A stretch of DNA of 64,000 nt, from the NCBI RefSeq assembly GCF_002571385.2, contig NW_019217896.1:122100-186099 (forward strand). The letters are read 5' to 3'. Source of the DNA: Stylophora pistillata (Eukaryota). Position numbers and translations under genes: made by a program. Every line of letters begins with the position of its first letter. Position 1 is the stretch's first letter. The notes under the pieces are model-generated. The model worked only from the letters and a program-made list of their open reading frames with translations, had not been told where the DNA came from and did no database searches. Below, piece by piece: positions 62,550 to 64,000 of the stretch.

Positions 62550-62730
62550 TTGTTTAAAATCTTCCAACCTCCGGCGGCCGGGGTGAATTTCGGCGGGAGG
62601 TGATTTACAAAACGCCTCGTTCTTGATCAATGAGTAATCCCATGCCACTTGACTGATGTCATAGTTGAGGTTCACTCTGGTCTCTTCCGCGATTGTCATG
62701 GCGACAGAAATCGGGGCCTGATTGGCTGAT
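62550..62730 (-). promoter_or_regulatory. Putative JUN proximal promoter (CCAAT, TGACATCA, TTACTCA, AT-rich box)
   Basis: On minus: CAGCCAATCAG (~62729-62719), TGACATCA (62661-62654), TTACTCA (62637-62631), TTTTAAA (~62559-62553). Confidence 0.5.
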
Positions 62731-63172
62731 GTTAATGTTTTGTGTGAAAGTCAATATTACCACCTGATATTTGGTAATTATGTAATATGACCTAACTCGC
62801 AAGGCGAAAAACGCCGGTGGCAGCCACGGCCTGTCAAGAAAAGGCGCGAACCTTTAAAGAGGTTCCTGGCGCCATTTCGGAATAAAAAGATACGCTTGCA
62901 TCTCACGGTCAAGTGTTCCCTTATTAGGGTCTGTAGTAACATACTTTGCGCGCCGTAAACATGATTACTGTTGTAAATTGTTGATTTTACTTGAGAAACC
63001 TTTTGATATTTTGGCAAGTTTAACGTCAAAAATGTCTGTTATCGATTCTGTATATGTCTGAGGTCTGCCAACAAGCCATTAAAGAGTTTGACAAACTGAA
63101 TTCTGCAATTTAAAGATCATAGTATTCGCGATTCGATGAAAGTTTTACTTTATCGATGTTTTACGGTGTTTT

Positions 63173-63224
<52 letters not shown>

Positions 63225-63920
63225 CTTTATTAACGTGTCAAAGAACCTTCTAGTTTGGGAGATATCCCATACTAATGTGGGGACACGAATAAAATGGAGA
63301 AAGATTATTTACAAAGAATATTACCTACTTCATAATAAAATTAAGTCATATCATGTATGAAAAAATATGAAATGAATTAAGAAGTACATAGAGCACAGCC
63401 CCTGCAGCCGTCATCTAATAGGGAGCCGAGGTCACGCTTACGTATGCGGTTTTTGAAACTAGCTAGTGTTTTGGCCGATCTGTCATAAGCTGTCAGTTTA
63501 CTCCATAATTTAGGTCCTAAATAGCGTAGTGAATGTTTGCCGTAAGTTTTTGTGTTGTATCCAGGAATAGAAAGTCGGCCTGTCTTAAATTATAGGAAGC
63601 GTTGTGTTTCTGAAATATGTTACAAATATTCAAGGGGCTAAGGTTGTGTTTAACTTTGTACATTAAAATGCATATATCCTGTAAGCGTCTGTTTACTAGC
63701 GAAGGTAAATTAGCTTTGTGCAGCAAACGTTCATAGGTGGAATGTTTATCTTTGAATACAGCCCTTAGGCCTCTTTCTTGAACTCTCTCCAATATCTGCG
63801 ACTATCACTAGACTTACAAAAATGCCATGTGAGATGGCAGTAGGTCAGATATGGTAGAATGGCTGCCTTAAAAAGTTGTAATTTTGCATTTNTTGGAATC
63901 AAGTTGCGGAGTCTCATAAG
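63173..63920 (-). mobile_element. LINE (CR1/L2-type) ORF2 C-terminal fragment with (CTAT)n tail
   Basis: Frameshifted peptide ...FKAAILPYLTYCHLTWHFC...ERVQERGLRAVF...LPSLVNRRLQDICILMYK...YNLR...YGKHSLRYLGPKLW...FKNRI...CRGCALCTS*; (GATA)n at 63173-63223 is the tail. Confidence 0.9.
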
Positions 63921-64000
63921 ATGGCAGCCGTGAACGAGACTAAAAATAAGATGGGCTAAGAGTTCCGTTGTTATTTGTTGATTCGTTTCTTGATTTCCAC

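Overview
Eukaryotic (animal) genomic scaffold, AT-rich, intron- and repeat-rich, with three N gaps. The repeat types and gene content suggest an anthozoan, probably a stony coral (inference). Five host genes can be reconstructed by hand: KLF6/7 (minus, 2 coding exons), importin-beta KPNB1 (minus, about 22 visible coding exons, with some missing at a gap), an SLC35D3-like nucleotide-sugar transporter (plus, 7 exons), an uncharacterised secreted protein (plus, 8 exons: signal peptide, furin site, Asp/Glu-rich, Lys/His-rich, MANEC/PAN-like, 3x VWC-like) whose spliced frame has one in-frame UGA-CAA, and an intronless JUN (minus). The rest is mobile DNA: a family of short palindromic Penelope-type elements with minimal hammerhead ribozymes and ~13-bp TSDs, a GIY-YIG Penelope 3' fragment with its own hammerhead, a tandem-plus-mirror array of 250-bp units each holding a tRNA-Thr-like cloverleaf, a decayed Kolobok/Mutator-like transposase element, many MITEs (several nested), SINEs, LINE tails and minisatellites. 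No prokaryotic features or CRISPR arrays. All family assignments come from motif recognition, not database searches.
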